A model generated the notes under the pieces. The model was not told the DNA's origin, made no database searches, and saw only the letters and a program-made list of their open reading frames with translations. This document shows positions 38,242 to 49,351 of a stretch of 64,000 bases of DNA, piece after piece. The number at the start of each line of letters is the position of its first letter. Position 1 is the first letter of the stretch. The position numbers were made by a program, and so were the translations under genes. The DNA is from an uncultured Gemmatimonadales bacterium. GTDB taxonomy: Bacteria; Gemmatimonadota; Gemmatimonadetes; Gemmatimonadales; Gemmatimonadaceae. The stretch spans positions 800,001 to 864,000 of the forward strand of contig CAWBZV010000005.1 in NCBI GenBank assembly GCA_963793305.1, read 5' to 3'.

Positions 38242-39099
38242 GTGCGCATTCTCCGGTCTGCCTTCGCGTGCGGCGCAATCGCCCTGATCGCATGTCGCGA
38301 CCCGCGTCCCACCGCAACCCTCGAGCTGCCGCTCGACTTCAGCCGACTCGACCAAATACGATCCATTCCAGGGCCACCGTGGGATAGCGTCGACACGCCG
38401 CACCTGCGGCTATATACCGAACCCGGGGGGTACGCGGCGCGACACCTCGCCGCGCTCTAGCGGCGCGCCGAGCACGCGTGGACCGACGACCTGGCATTGC
38501 TCCACGCATCCGGGTACGGACCGCGCATTCACATCTTCTATTTCGAGTCCCAGGCGCGACTCGACTCCGTGTTCGGCGTCCCGGGGGATGGCCAGGCGTA
38601 TCCGGAGGCGTTGCTCGTGATGGTCACCGCGAACGCGCACGGCTTGGAGATACCCAGCGATCGACACGAGATGATGCACGTCCTGTCGATCACGATGTGG
38701 GGCTGGGGCGCACCGAACGAGCGGTGGCGGCACGAGGGGCTCGGGAACCTGGCCTCGGCCCCGGACTGGCCGTACGGCATTGACCAGATGGCGGCCCAAG
38801 CGCGACGCGATGGCGACACGCGCGGTCCGGCGGAGTTGTCGGGAGCAGGGTTTTCGGCCGGCGATTCGGTGGAGAAGTTCCGGGCGTACATGCTCTCGAG
38901 CTCGTTCGTCGGGTACCTCATCCGCGCGAACGGCATCGAGAGCTTTCGACAGCTATGGCAGCAGGGACTGCCGGCCGCGCCGACGATCTACGGCGCCGAC
39001 ATCCCCACGTTGACGGCACGGTGGAACGACTATTTGCGCACCGTCTCGCTGCCGGCCGGCGGCATCGACCTCGCCCACGTCCAACAGGGAACGCGGTAG
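38242..39099 (+). pseudogene. Gluzincin-like lipoprotein peptidase with in-frame TAG (38458-38460)
   Basis: LIAC lipobox; RHEMMH...HEGLG; ORFs 38104 and 38497 share one frame. Confidence 0.65.
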
Positions 39100-39129
39100 A
39101 ATACTGACGTGCTATTTCGGAGAGACTCC

Positions 39130-39546
39130 ATGCTGGCAACCGTGTTGATTGCGTTCTCTCTCGGTGTCGTCGCTGGGCTGCGGTCGATGATGGCGCCGGC
39201 CGCTGTGCTGCTCGCCCGCCACGTCCGGGTCGCCGGAATCGTCGTCGCCATCCTGGCGGCCGGCGAGCTGATTGTCGATCTGTTGCCGACAACCCCATCG
39301 CGGACCGCGCCCGTGCCTCTGGTGGCCCGCATCGTGAGCGGCGCCTTTTGCGGTTGGGTTGTCGCCGCCGGATCGCCGGTCGTACGCATCGCGGGCGTGC
39401 TCGCCGGTGTCGCCGGCGCACTCGTTGGCACCTACGGCGGTCACGCCGCGCGCGTACGCGCGATCAAACAACTGGGCGCGATCCCGGCGGCGCTCGCGGA
39501 GGACGTCTTCGCGGTCGCTCTCGCGCTCTTCGCTGTTACGCGTTAG
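39130..39546 (+). CDS. DUF4126-like membrane protein
   Basis: GVVAGLRSMMAPA, GELIVDLLPTTPSRT, ALAED. Confidence 0.75.
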   Translation: MLATVLIAFSLGVVAGLRSMMAPAAVLLARHVRVAGIVVAILAAGELIVDLLPTTPSRTAPVPLVARIVSGAFCGWVVAAGSPVVRIAGVLAGVAGALVGTYGGHAARVRAIKQLGAIPAALAEDVFAVALALFAVTR

Positions 39547-39676
39547 GCACGAGTCTGGGCACCAAGCTGCGTAGGCGGTCGCACATCGCTGCAGCCTGCA
39601 CACTGGCGATCGTGTCCGCCGGCGCGTGCGCGCTTATCCACGCCCTGGCGGTCGTCGGCTCGAGCTCTCGGGTTCG

Positions 39677-40141
39677 CTACCGTCGAGCCGGCGTCGTCTC
39701 GGTGAACACTACGGGATGCGTGTCATCGCGCGGTACACGCACGACACGTATGGGATCGGAGAAGCTGTCTGTGAGTCCCTCCTCCGGATTCCAGCCGCGG
39801 TGATACCGTACCACGAGGTTGCCATCGGCCAGAGTGACGCTGTCGATCTCGACGGTCTCGCCGTCGGTTCGGGGGCCGCAGCCGACAGCGATGATCATCT
39901 CACGGCTGAAATCAATCGGCGGCGCCGGTGTGCGGGCAACCGGTTCTACCGGATGCGTCGTCAGACGATACCAGAAATCCGACCACGCCATGGGATCACG
40001 TATCACAACCTGCGCCCTTCCGTGCAGTTGCTGCGAATAGCGGAAATACCCCAGGATCTCTGGGCCTAGCCAAAGCTCGACAGGGACGGATCGGTCAGCG
40101 TTATCCTGCGGTGAGTCTTTCACAAGTAGGTGAGCCACCAA
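39677..40141 (-). CDS. PrcB C-terminal domain-like protein (start uncertain)
   Basis: PAPPIDFSREMIIAVGCGPRTDGETVEIDSV...PIRVVRVPR. Confidence 0.55.
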   Translation of the reverse strand: MVAHLLVKDSPQDNADRSVPVELWLGPEILGYFRYSQQLHGRAQVVIRDPMAWSDFWYRLTTHPVEPVARTPAPPIDFSREMIIAVGCGPRTDGETVEIDSVTLADGNLVVRYHRGWNPEEGLTDSFSDPIRVVRVPRDDTHPVVFTETTPARR

Positions 40142-41326
40142 TCATGCCGGCGCTGCTTGAGTCTCGCAAACCAAAGGCAAACCGGGTAGAGAAGCAGGAG
40201 CACCACCACCCAAACCACGTACACCACCCACAGCGGGTACCCATAGTCAGCCGGAAAAAGATCGCTCGGACTTCCCATCGAAGGCGGCGCAATCAGCAGG
40301 AATGGCTGTGCGCCGTAGCGCACGAAGTTCATCACGATGGCGATCAGATGCGCCAGCAGCATATGCGCCCCGTAGTAGAAGAACGGGACGCGCCCGAAAA
40401 CGATCAGCGGATTGGTGAACCGAAAGTCAAATCGCTCCAGCCACGCCAACGCGACAAACGCCGGACCGAGTGTCATCAACAAGAAGTCGAGTGACGGCGG
40501 ATACTTGGTGACATTGAGAAACGAGAGCAGCGTGAAAACCGGCGATGCTTGATGACTCCACGGGGCGGGATCGCCGTAGCCATTCACGGCGCGCACCACA
40601 ACGAACGCCGCGGTCAGTGCCAACCCCACACGCGTAAGAAAACGGCGCCGCCGATCAGCTTCCCAACCAAACACCGGACCCAGGCAATACCCGAGCGCCA
40701 TCACGCCTATCCATGGTAGCACGGGATACGCGGGCCTGAACTTGATGCCACCGACGGTGATCACCCCTCGGTCATAGAGCATGTTCCAAACCCACGCCGC
40801 CGGCCCGAAGCTCTCGGCCGACACATTGAAGAGCAAATTGTGCAAGCAGAATGATCGCTATGCTGAGCCCCAACAGCACGGGCATCGGCAGATAGATCAG
40901 CCCAGCGAGCGCGATCATGGACATCCCGATTGCCCACAGGATGATCAGGAGCACCGGATGTGCCGTCGGGCTGACCCACGAGAACATGATGACGCGAAGC
41001 ACCGTCGCCTCAATCGCGATCAGCCAGAGACCACGAGTCACCAGCAGCCGCGACAGCTCCCTCTTCGAATGCTGCCCTCGGGTCATCCAGAGATACGCAC
41101 CCAGGCCAGCCGTGAGCACGAACACCGGCGCGCAGAAATGCGTGATCCATCGCGTGAAAAAGATCGCCGGCGTCGTGCGCGCCAGATCTGTCGGTTGGAA
41201 CTGCTGCGCACTTTGCGCCACGTAGTCGCGAATGTGATCAATCGCCATCACCATCATGATCGCGCCCCGGAGCGCATCCACCGACTGAATGCGAGGCGCT
41301 GGTGTAGTCCGCGTGGGAATCGTCAT
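40120..41326 (-). CDS. DUF1624/HGSNAT-like membrane protein, +1 frameshift at ~40845
   Basis: SVDALRGAIMMVMAIDH, TRWITHFCAPVF, KYPPSL, FGRVPFFYY. Confidence 0.85.
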
Positions 41327-42858
41327 GACTGGCGCCAGATGTCGAGCACGCCGCTGGCTGCGTGATCGTTCGCGTTACCCTCGGGAAGCGCGATCTTCCC
41401 GTCGACAACGATCGGGCTGTTCCAGTGGCCTCTTCCGCAGCCAAGAGACGCGACCACCGTGCCCGTCGTAGGCTGATAGACGTGCAGCACGCCGCCCGGA
41501 TCGTACACGAAGAGCAGGCTACCGGCGATGACTGGGCTCGTCCCTGCGGTGCCATTGCGCCACGCCAATGACAGCCGATCGCCGCTCACGGTCCACGCCG
41601 CGGTGCCACCGCCATCCGCCGCGAAGAGCCACGTCCCGGTTGGCATCCGCCACACGGCTGGAGCCGTGAACAGGTCGTTGCTCGACGGCGTCGAGAGGAT
41701 CTGCGCCTCGCCGCCAATGTGAGGCGCCGCGCCACTGATGGCGGCGGCGGTGAGAATGCGGATGATGCTGTCCTTCCCGCCCTGCACCACCGCTCCGTCA
41801 CCGAGCAGCGCCGGTGATGTCGACCCGAGATCCACATCGTTCGCATCCAGCGCGTTGGTATTGGTCGGGGTATAGTTGCCGAGCAGTTGCGTCGCGGCGG
41901 AGTCGAGCTCGAGCGTCGCATCGCCCCAGTTCGTGTTGCCGTCCCAGAGACCATTGCCCGTCGCCACGTAGATGTCCCCCGTCGTCGAATCGACCGCCGC
42001 GCCCGCCCGCCCCCAAATGCCGGATCCACTCTGCGGACACTGGCTCGGCTGCATCAGGGCGTGCTGATCGCTACACAGAGAATTCCAGACGTGGACGAGC
42101 CGGCCACTGGCGGCATCGAGGATCGCGACATGACCCTGATAGGGTGGCGCGTCGCCGACATACCCATCGGTGACCGCGATCACGCGGCCGGCGAAGTAAT
42201 TCAACGCCGAGGCGATCTTCTCGCTCTGAGCGGACATCGTGACGGCCGTGCTCCAGACGGGATTTCCGTTCGCGACGGCGAGCTTCTGCACGTGGCCGTC
42301 GGGTGACGCGGCGTAGAGGAACTGACGATCGGGATCCGCCACCGGCGTCGCGTTGGTAATTTGCGCGGTGCCGAGCCAAGATGCATATCCCGGCGGCGTA
42401 TACGTCCAGAGTATCACGCCGGTGTTCGCGTTCACGGCGATCGTCTTGCCGTACGTTGTCGTCACGAAGAACGCGTCATGCGGCGCGCCGTTGACCTGGA
42501 CGTCGCTCAGGTAGATTGCCGACGCGTCCACCGTGCCATCCAGCGTGACCCGAAGGAGGCACATGGCGCTCAGCTGCGCCGCGGTGACCCCGGTCGGCGC
42601 GGTGGATGCGCCCGACCGACCCGCGTCCCAGTTGAAGCGCGTCCAGTCATGGCCCGGCGCCACGACGTTAGATCCGTTCGAGCACGCGGGCGCCAAGGCA
42701 ATGGTGGACGCGGTGGTGGATGTCGGTCTTCCACACACCAGCGCCGGCAGGCCAATGACGGCGGCGGCGACACCCCGCCAACGGTGCACGAATGCCGTAC
42801 TCAACGCTAGGGGCTGGCGGCCGTGGATGGGTGGGGCCCCATGTACCGGTCGAACCAC
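41323..42858 (-). CDS. PQQ-like beta-propeller exported protein
   Basis: DWTRFNWDAGRSG; repeated ..G...W blades; IYVATGNG; DVDLGSTSP; start uncertain. Confidence 0.75.
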   Translation of the reverse strand: MVRPVHGAPPIHGRQPLALSTAFVHRWRGVAAAVIGLPALVCGRPTSTTASTIALAPACSNGSNVVAPGHDWTRFNWDAGRSGASTAPTGVTAAQLSAMCLLRVTLDGTVDASAIYLSDVQVNGAPHDAFFVTTTYGKTIAVNANTGVILWTYTPPGYASWLGTAQITNATPVADPDRQFLYAASPDGHVQKLAVANGNPVWSTAVTMSAQSEKIASALNYFAGRVIAVTDGYVGDAPPYQGHVAILDAASGRLVHVWNSLCSDQHALMQPSQCPQSGSGIWGRAGAAVDSTTGDIYVATGNGLWDGNTNWGDATLELDSAATQLLGNYTPTNTNALDANDVDLGSTSPALLGDGAVVQGGKDSIIRILTAAAISGAAPHIGGEAQILSTPSSNDLFTAPAVWRMPTGTWLFAADGGGTAAWTVSGDRLSLAWRNGTAGTSPVIAGSLLFVYDPGGVLHVYQPTTGTVVASLGCGRGHWNSPIVVDGKIALPEGNANDHAASGVLDIWRQS

Positions 42859-44753
42859 GCGACGATACGTCGGAGACGATCGGTCAGGTGCTTCTCTTCG
42901 CGGAAGCCGTGTCCTTCGCGAGGATAGACGACGAGCTCCGCGGTGACGCCATAGCGCTTGAGCGCGCGATACAGCTCTTGGCTTTGACCCATCGGGTCAA
43001 TAACGTCGTTGTCGCCTTGCAAGATGAGCGTCGGTGTGCGGGCGTTCTTGACGTACGTAAGCGGTGAGCTCCGCCGAAACCCCTCGGGTTTCTCGTAGGG
43101 GAGACCGTAGAACCATTCATCGTACGCCGGGTGATCCTCCGTACCGTACTCGCTCGCCAGATCGGAGAGGCCGGCGCCCGACACAGCGGCCTTGAAGCGC
43201 GTGGTTTGCGTGATCGCCCACTCGGCCATGTAGCCGCCGTACGACCAGCCCGCGATGCCCAACCGATCCGGATCGGCGATCCCACGCTGAATCAGGTAGT
43301 CGACGCCGGCCATGATGTCCTTGAAGTCGCCGCCGCCCCAATCGCCGCGATTCCGCACGGCGAAGTCGTACCCATATCCCGTGGATCCTCGAATGTTCGG
43401 CGAGAACACCGCGTAGCCGGCGGCAGCGAGGAGCTGGTCCCACGAGTCGAGCTGGTCGCTCCAGTTGCCGGTCGGGCCGCCGTGCACGTGGACGATCGTT
43501 GGCAGATGCGTGCCGCCCGCGGGAGCCACCAGCGCCGCCTCGATCTCGTGGCCGTCGAAGCTTCGATACCGGAGGAGCGTCGGCTTGATCAGCGCGAGAC
43601 GCTCGAACGATGCATTGAAACTCGAGACGCGCCGCGGCGTCGTCGTGCCATCCCACGTCCAGAGCTCCGGTGGCTGCGTGGCACTCTCGCCGACGAAGGC
43701 GATCGTGCCCGCGCTCGAGAGCGCGACGTCGCCCACCTTCATTCCTGGGAGCACGAGCCGCGTCCCCTTACCGAGCGTGTCCAGTGTCCAGAGCGCGGTC
43801 CGAAATCCGTCGGTCGTGGCGACGAGCAGCGTTCCGTCGCTTCGCCATGCGTACGCCTCGACCGGACGATCGATACTCGCGCCGGTGAGATTGCGCGGTA
43901 TGCCGCCATCGGTCGATACGAGGTAGAGGTCATGCGCCGAGGGACCATCGCCGCGGGCGCCCACAAACGCCACGTGCTTGCCGTCGGGCGAGACGTGCAC
44001 ACGATTGAAGGGGCCCGATGGCCTGGCCACCGGCCGCATCGTTCCATCGGACGCTCGGACGACGAAAATGCGATTGGTCTCTTGGTCCGACTCGGGATGG
44101 TCCGTGGCGACCACCACCAACCCGTCGCCAGTGGAGAGCCACTGCGCATCACCAATGGACCACGGTGCGCCGAGGAGCGGCCGTAACGCACCCGTCGCGA
44201 CGTCCGCCAGCCAGAGATGGGGCCGATCTTGCGTCCGATCCACCGGGTGGGCGTCGTCCTTGTCGTCCTCTCGCTTCTGGTCCGCGTCGGTCTTGGGATC
44301 GGGGCCGAGCAACGCGAGCTGCTTGCCGTCGGGCGACCACTCGAAGCTTTGGACCGCGCGCTTGCCGCGGGTGAGCGCGATCGCCTCACCACCGCCGACC
44401 GGCATGATGTAGATCTGGGTCGCTTGATCGCGATCCGAGAGAAACGCGAGTCGCTTTCCATCGCTTGACCAGCGCGCGTGGTCTTCAGACTTGGCCGAGT
44501 ACGTATACTGGCGCGGAACATCCGTCGATACCCACACGTGCCGCGACACGGTAATCCCGTTCGGCGGCTCCGTCACCGTGAACGCCAGCGCTCGAGCGTC
44601 GGGTGACCAGCGCAGGTCGGCGAGCCGCCGTACGGCGATGAGCTGTTCGGGGGTGAGTTGCGTTTGCGCCACGGCGCGCGCCACCGGAGCGGCGGACGCC
44701 AGCACGAATCCAAAAGCGACGACGCGTCGCCATGGCAGACGGTGGAGGGGCAT
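42807..44753 (-). CDS. S9 prolyl oligopeptidase/acylaminoacyl peptidase
   Basis: HGGP, NIRGSTGYG, GWSYGG, YPREGHG; WSPD propeller repeats. Confidence 0.93.
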   Translation of the reverse strand: MPLHRLPWRRVVAFGFVLASAAPVARAVAQTQLTPEQLIAVRRLADLRWSPDARALAFTVTEPPNGITVSRHVWVSTDVPRQYTYSAKSEDHARWSSDGKRLAFLSDRDQATQIYIMPVGGGEAIALTRGKRAVQSFEWSPDGKQLALLGPDPKTDADQKREDDKDDAHPVDRTQDRPHLWLADVATGALRPLLGAPWSIGDAQWLSTGDGLVVVATDHPESDQETNRIFVVRASDGTMRPVARPSGPFNRVHVSPDGKHVAFVGARGDGPSAHDLYLVSTDGGIPRNLTGASIDRPVEAYAWRSDGTLLVATTDGFRTALWTLDTLGKGTRLVLPGMKVGDVALSSAGTIAFVGESATQPPELWTWDGTTTPRRVSSFNASFERLALIKPTLLRYRSFDGHEIEAALVAPAGGTHLPTIVHVHGGPTGNWSDQLDSWDQLLAAAGYAVFSPNIRGSTGYGYDFAVRNRGDWGGGDFKDIMAGVDYLIQRGIADPDRLGIAGWSYGGYMAEWAITQTTRFKAAVSGAGLSDLASEYGTEDHPAYDEWFYGLPYEKPEGFRRSSPLTYVKNARTPTLILQGDNDVIDPMGQSQELYRALKRYGVTAELVVYPREGHGFREEKHLTDRLRRIVAWFDRYMGPHPSTAASP

Positions 44754-44879
44754 CGGAGAAAGCTCCCAGGGAGACGCGCTATACTATGGTACTATACTAC
44801 TTCCGTACAATAGCTCGGCAGTCGTGGGCCATTATCATGGCACACGTTCGAGCACGGCACCGATGCCCGGCGCTGGCTG

Positions 44880-45230
44880 ATGACGATCTGCCGCAACGCG
44901 TTCCTCCGGACGTGCCAGCGCGCTCGATATTGGGCCGAGAGCGACGATGATGTGGCGCTGGTCGCCCGGAGCGACGATGAGCGCTTGCTGACCCGGCTCG
45001 ACCTCGGTCCCGCGATCTGCTCGGCGTTGGACCGGCTCACGGAGCCGTATCGATCGGTCGTCGTCCTGGTCGATCTCGAGGATCAGACATACGAAACCAC
45101 GGCGGCTATTCTGGGCGTACCGATCGGGACGGTGCGGTCTCGTCTGTTCCGCGCACGCCGGCAGCTGCGGAGCACGCTGGGGATCTACGCGCGCGACGCA
45201 GGATTCGCCACGACGCTGAGTCCAGCCTAG
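44880..45230 (+). pseudogene. ECF sigma factor C-terminal fragment
   Basis: TICRNAF...TYETTAAILGVPIGTVRSRLFRARRQL; most of region 2 is missing. Confidence 0.65.
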
Positions 45231-46753
45231 CGCGCACGTCGCACGACACGCCCCGGCCGGTTCGTCGTCGTCTGTGCGTTGACCCAGACGACCTGACCGT
45301 TCACCCACACGCGCTCAATACCGGTCGAGACCAGGTGCGGCTCGGTGTAAGTCGCCCGATCGATGACGGTGGCCGGATCGAACAACACGAGATCCGCGTA
45401 GTTTCCGGGCGCTATCGTCCCACGATTCGCGATGCCGACGTTGGCCGCCGCGAGCAATGTCGCCTTGCGAATCGCCTCCTGCAGGGTCAAGACGTGCTGC
45501 TCGCGCACGAAGCGCCCGAGGATGCGGGGATAGCTGCCGATGCCCCGAGGGTGGCGGCTGTCGAGCGCACCATCGGTACAGAAGCTCGTGTAAGGCCATT
45601 GGACGATGCGATCGACATCACCCTCGGACATGCTCGCGCCGATCACGCCTTGCACCGAATCATCGTCGACGTGCAGATGATGCGCGTCGGCGTACTGCTG
45701 GGACTCGTGGATGAGGTTCAGGAGCGTCACCGCCGGATCCGCCTTTCGCGCCAGCGCGATCTGCGCCAGCGTCTGTCCGACGTAGTCGGGATGCGGCGCG
45801 AACGAGGTCAGGATCAACCCGTCAGCCGGCACGATCTCGCGTAGCACGTAGCGCGAATAGGCCGTGTCGTTGAAGTCCCGCTTCGGGAAGTTGACCGTCA
45901 GATCCGAGTGCCAGGCGGTGTACGGATAGATATCGGCGGTCACCTGAATGCCGGCGGCCCGGGCCGAGTCGAGCATCGCGATGAGCCGGGTGCTCCGTCC
46001 CCAGAGCTCCTTCATCGCCAGCTTCATATGGGAGACTTCGACCGGCAGATGCGCTTTCTCGCCGATCGTGAGGAGCTCGTGCACGGCGTCGAACACGCCC
46101 TCCTCTTCGTTCCGCATGTGGCTGATGTACCGGCCGCCAGACGCCAATGCCACTTTCGCCAACTCGACCAGCTCGTCCGTATTCGAGTAGATGCCGGGAT
46201 CGTATTCCAGTCCGGTCGAGAGACCAAGTGCACCCGCCGTCATATCCTGACGCAGCAGATCCTGCATCCGCGTGATCTCATCGGGTTTCGCAAGACGCTT
46301 ATAGTCCTCGCCCATGACGGCGCGTCGGATCGTCCCGTGGCCGGAGTATGACGCGACGTTGATCGCGGCCGGCGTGCGCTCGAGCGAGTCAAAATACGCG
46401 GCCAGCGGCAGATGCGAGCTCCCATCCTGTCCGACCACGATGGTCGTGATGCCCTGACTCACGGCAGCCAGCGCCTCGGGATGCTGGAACAGTCCGCCGT
46501 CGTGGTGCGAGTGGTCGTCGATAAAGCCGGGGGCCAGGACCAGGCCATGGGCATCGATGACGCTGTCACTGGACGTGGGGCTGAGCGCTCCCACGGCGGT
46601 GATCTTGTCGTCGACAATGCGAACGGCGGCCGGTCGCGCGGGCGACCCGGTTCCGTCGATGACTTGGGCATTGACGATGAGAATCTGATGGTGCTGGCAG
46701 GCGATGCTGGCCAATACCAGCACGGCGGATGTGGCAGTACGGAGCTTGAGCAT
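45227..46753 (-). CDS. N-acyl-D-amino-acid deacylase (amidohydrolase)
   Basis: APGFIDDHSH, GLSTGLEY, SHMRNE, HPRGIGSYPRILG, ADLVLFDP. Confidence 0.92.
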   Translation of the reverse strand: MLKLRTATSAVLVLASIACQHHQILIVNAQVIDGTGSPARPAAVRIVDDKITAVGALSPTSSDSVIDAHGLVLAPGFIDDHSHHDGGLFQHPEALAAVSQGITTIVVGQDGSSHLPLAAYFDSLERTPAAINVASYSGHGTIRRAVMGEDYKRLAKPDEITRMQDLLRQDMTAGALGLSTGLEYDPGIYSNTDELVELAKVALASGGRYISHMRNEEEGVFDAVHELLTIGEKAHLPVEVSHMKLAMKELWGRSTRLIAMLDSARAAGIQVTADIYPYTAWHSDLTVNFPKRDFNDTAYSRYVLREIVPADGLILTSFAPHPDYVGQTLAQIALARKADPAVTLLNLIHESQQYADAHHLHVDDDSVQGVIGASMSEGDVDRIVQWPYTSFCTDGALDSRHPRGIGSYPRILGRFVREQHVLTLQEAIRKATLLAAANVGIANRGTIAPGNYADLVLFDPATVIDRATYTEPHLVSTGIERVWVNGQVVWVNAQTTTNRPGRVVRRAR

Positions 46754-46779
46754 GCCGCCAATTCTACAGGCGGGCCACG

Positions 46780-47241
46780 CTAGCGCGAGAGCGCTTTCAC
46801 CAGTAACACGTGGACGCGATCGTGCAGCGCGGGTGCGCCCCCGACCACGGCAATCGTGGCTAATCGCTGCCCTTGGACCGCGGTGATCTGCAGGGCGCCG
46901 ACCGACGTCCAGAACGCGCCGTCGCCGATGCCGGTCTCTTTCTTGTTGTCGTTGGAATTTGCTTGCTCGGTCGCCAGCTCCTGCTTCGCGGCCGCAGCCG
47001 ACGGATAGTCCGCGACCATCACGATGACCGTCGGGATGCCGCCGACCGTATAGGAGCACGATGACGTCAGTGACTTCGGATTGTCGACCACGGAGATCTG
47101 GCCGCCGCCGACCGGCTTGCCAATCAGCTCCGTCACTTCCGCCACCGAGACGAATTTGCAGGAGTTGGGCGGGGCACCGCTCCGTCCGCCCATGGCCATG
47201 ACACTCGCGAGTACGGCACCAGCAATAGGTTGCATGAACAC
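46780..47241 (-). CDS. Exported hypothetical protein (DUF3558-like)
   Basis: SCKFVSVAEVTELIG...SCSY...TGIGDGAFW. Confidence 0.6.
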   Translation of the reverse strand: MFMQPIAGAVLASVMAMGGRSGAPPNSCKFVSVAEVTELIGKPVGGGQISVVDNPKSLTSSCSYTVGGIPTVIVMVADYPSAAAAKQELATEQANSNDNKKETGIGDGAFWTSVGALQITAVQGQRLATIAVVGGAPALHDRVHVLLVKALSR

Positions 47242-47344
47242 AAATACTAACCTAAACAGACGAAACGTCAGGGCTTTTATTGTAGACGCTCGGCGAGAAA
47301 AGTCCCGACCACAGTCAGTGCCTCGTCGGCTGCACGCAGTTGTC

Positions 47345-47440
47345 CGAGGCTCGTGAGAAAGCTGTGCGGCATGCCCTCCCAGATGTCGAGGCGCACGTCG
47401 ACGTTCGTCGCGCGGTCGGCGTAGCGAACCGAGTCATCGA
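47345..47440 (-). pseudogene. HSL-family esterase C-terminal remnant
   Basis: Manual translation DDSVRYADRATNVDVRLDIWEGMPHSFL. Confidence 0.45.
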
Positions 47441-47531
47441 CGGTTCGAGTATTGGTGCCTGGTGCACGCCGAGGCGGGCCAGCGCTCGATGATCATCGTG
47501 CAGTGACGTTCGTGAACTTGTTGGACACTCG

Positions 47532-47554
47532 ATGACTTATTGTCAATGAGTCAT
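47532..47554. promoter_or_regulatory. Palindromic operator upstream of YceI-like gene
   Basis: ATGACTTATTG-T-CAATGAGTCAT, 10/11 inverted repeat. Confidence 0.5.
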
Positions 47555-47563
47555 TGAGGAGGC

Positions 47564-48193
47564 GTGCTGTATGTCTCGGCCGGTGCTGATCGGTATCGCG
47601 CGCCGCGCGAGTGTTCTGTTCTTCCTGGCGGGTCTCGTGTTTCTGCTGACGCTGCCGATGCAACCATGACGATGGCGTTGGCGGAACCGATCTCCCGTCT
47701 TCCAGAGGCGGCCGAGCCCGGGCCGATCCAGGACTGGCGCGTCGTACCGGCAAAGACCCGAATGCGCTTCACGGTCGGCCGCTTCCTCGGCGCCATCCAC
47801 GGCACGCTGAGCACGGTGAGCGGCGTCGTGCGACTGATCGAAGGACAGCCTCGCTACACGCACGTCGATATTCGAGTGCCGGTGACGGCCCTCGACATCC
47901 GCACCAGGCGACGGCTGGGATTGGACGCCGGCCCCTATCCGTTTGTGTCCTTCTATGGGTGGCGGGTCCGAGGCAATCCTCGCCGATCGTTCGCGCTCGA
48001 TGGCGAGCTCCGCGTCGGCGAGTTGCGGCGCGATGTCGTCGTCAACGTCTCTGCCTCAGATCATCGCTTCGATGATGTCACCGGCACAGAGGAGGCGACG
48101 TTCCGAGCACAGCTCGTCGTCGATCGGCGGATCCGCTTCATTCTCGACGTGACGCTCGCGCGAGTGGCAGTCCGGTATCGTCGCGTGGCGTAG
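47564..48193 (+). CDS. YceI-like protein
   Basis: WRVVPAKTRMRFTV, LDAGPYPFVSF, DGELRVG; start uncertain. Confidence 0.6.
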   Translation: MLYVSAGADRYRAPRECSVLPGGSRVSADAADATMTMALAEPISRLPEAAEPGPIQDWRVVPAKTRMRFTVGRFLGAIHGTLSTVSGVVRLIEGQPRYTHVDIRVPVTALDIRTRRRLGLDAGPYPFVSFYGWRVRGNPRRSFALDGELRVGELRRDVVVNVSASDHRFDDVTGTEEATFRAQLVVDRRIRFILDVTLARVAVRYRRVA

Positions 48194-48336
48194 TCATCGC
48201 GCATGATGCCATTGCTGATCGTTCTTCTGATACTCGCCTCTCTCCGCTACTATGACTCTTTCGTGAAGACGGATGGCGCCTGGCTGTTCGCGGAACGTCT
48301 GCTCTACGTCGACTGGATCGAGGAGTGTGCGCTGTC

Positions 48337-49008
48337 ATGACGCGCTTAGGTCTAGTGGGCGCGACCGGAATGGTGGGCGGCTACGCCCTTCGCTACGCGC
48401 TCGACGACCCGAACGTCGAACGCGTGACGGCCATCGGACGCCGCACGCTCGGTCTCTCACACCCAAAGCTGGCCGAGGTGCTTCATCGGGACTTCGCGGA
48501 TTGCTCTGCGCTAGCGCCAGTCCTCGCGGGTCAGGATGCGGCGGTGTTCTGTCTCGGCGCCTATACGGGAGCAGTGCCGGACGCTGAGCTTCGGAAGACC
48601 ACGGTCGACTACCCGATCGAATTCGCGCGCGTGCTCCACGGTAGCAGTCCCGGCGCGACGTTCGCGTTCTTGAGCGGGAGCGGGGCGGATCCGACGGGTC
48701 GCAGCCGGATCCCTTTCGCGCGGTACAAGGGAGAGGCCGAGAAGGCGCTCCTCGCCATGGGGTTTCCGCACGTGTACCTCTTTCGACCCGCGTATATCTA
48801 TCCCGTGGAGCCGCGGAAAGAACCGAACGCCGGCTATCGCCTGCTGCGCGCGATCTACCCGGCGTTTCGGATCGTATTCCCGAACCAGGTGATTCGCGCG
48901 GATGATCTGGCTCGCGTCATGGTGAACCTCGCCGTGCACGGAGCAGGGGAACGCCCGGGTCCGGTCTTCGAGAACCGCGACATCATCGACTTGTCGCGTA
49001 AGGGGTGA
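48337..49008 (+). CDS. NAD(P)-binding epimerase/semialdehyde dehydrogenase-like protein
   Basis: GATGMVG, FCLG, ARYKGEAE, FRPAYI. Confidence 0.85.
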   Translation: MTRLGLVGATGMVGGYALRYALDDPNVERVTAIGRRTLGLSHPKLAEVLHRDFADCSALAPVLAGQDAAVFCLGAYTGAVPDAELRKTTVDYPIEFARVLHGSSPGATFAFLSGSGADPTGRSRIPFARYKGEAEKALLAMGFPHVYLFRPAYIYPVEPRKEPNAGYRLLRAIYPAFRIVFPNQVIRADDLARVMVNLAVHGAGERPGPVFENRDIIDLSRKG

Positions 49009-49351
49009 GCAGCGTCTCCTCCAGTAGCGCCCGAGCGATACCGCTCAGCGCCGAGTCGAGCTCGGCGACCGCTCCCTTCGGCACGCGCCCGACGACGGAG
49101 AATCGAATCTCACACGTCTCGCCGAGGGGCTCGATGGCAATCGTGATCTCGCGCACGCGCGTGCCGAGATGTCCCCAGAAGGCACCCGGACCGAGGTGAC
49201 CCGTCGCTGAGGGCAACGCGAAGCGAAGCGTACCGCCGGCGGACCCGATCAGCGTGAGCCGGTACGGACGCTCGCGCAGCACGCGACCGAGCATTGGCAG
49301 CATCCGATTCGCGGGTGCATCAAACACCCTCGTGACCGTCGTCATCATCAC
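48983..49351 (-). CDS. Hypothetical protein downstream of catalase
   Basis: 122-aa ORF overlapping the catalase stop codon. Confidence 0.45.
   Translation of the reverse strand: MMMTTVTRVFDAPANRMLPMLGRVLRERPYRLTLIGSAGGTLRFALPSATGHLGPGAFWGHLGTRVREITIAIEPLGETCEIRFSVVGRVPKGAVAELDSALSGIARALLEETLLTPYATSR

Noticed and set aside
6307..38460. Amber (TAG) recoding suggested by in-frame TAGs in crp (6307) and the lipoprotein peptidase (38458)
   Set aside because: TAG is a normal stop for many genes here (e.g. 149-147, 2376, 7415, 21124). Two cases fit point mutation or sequencing error better.
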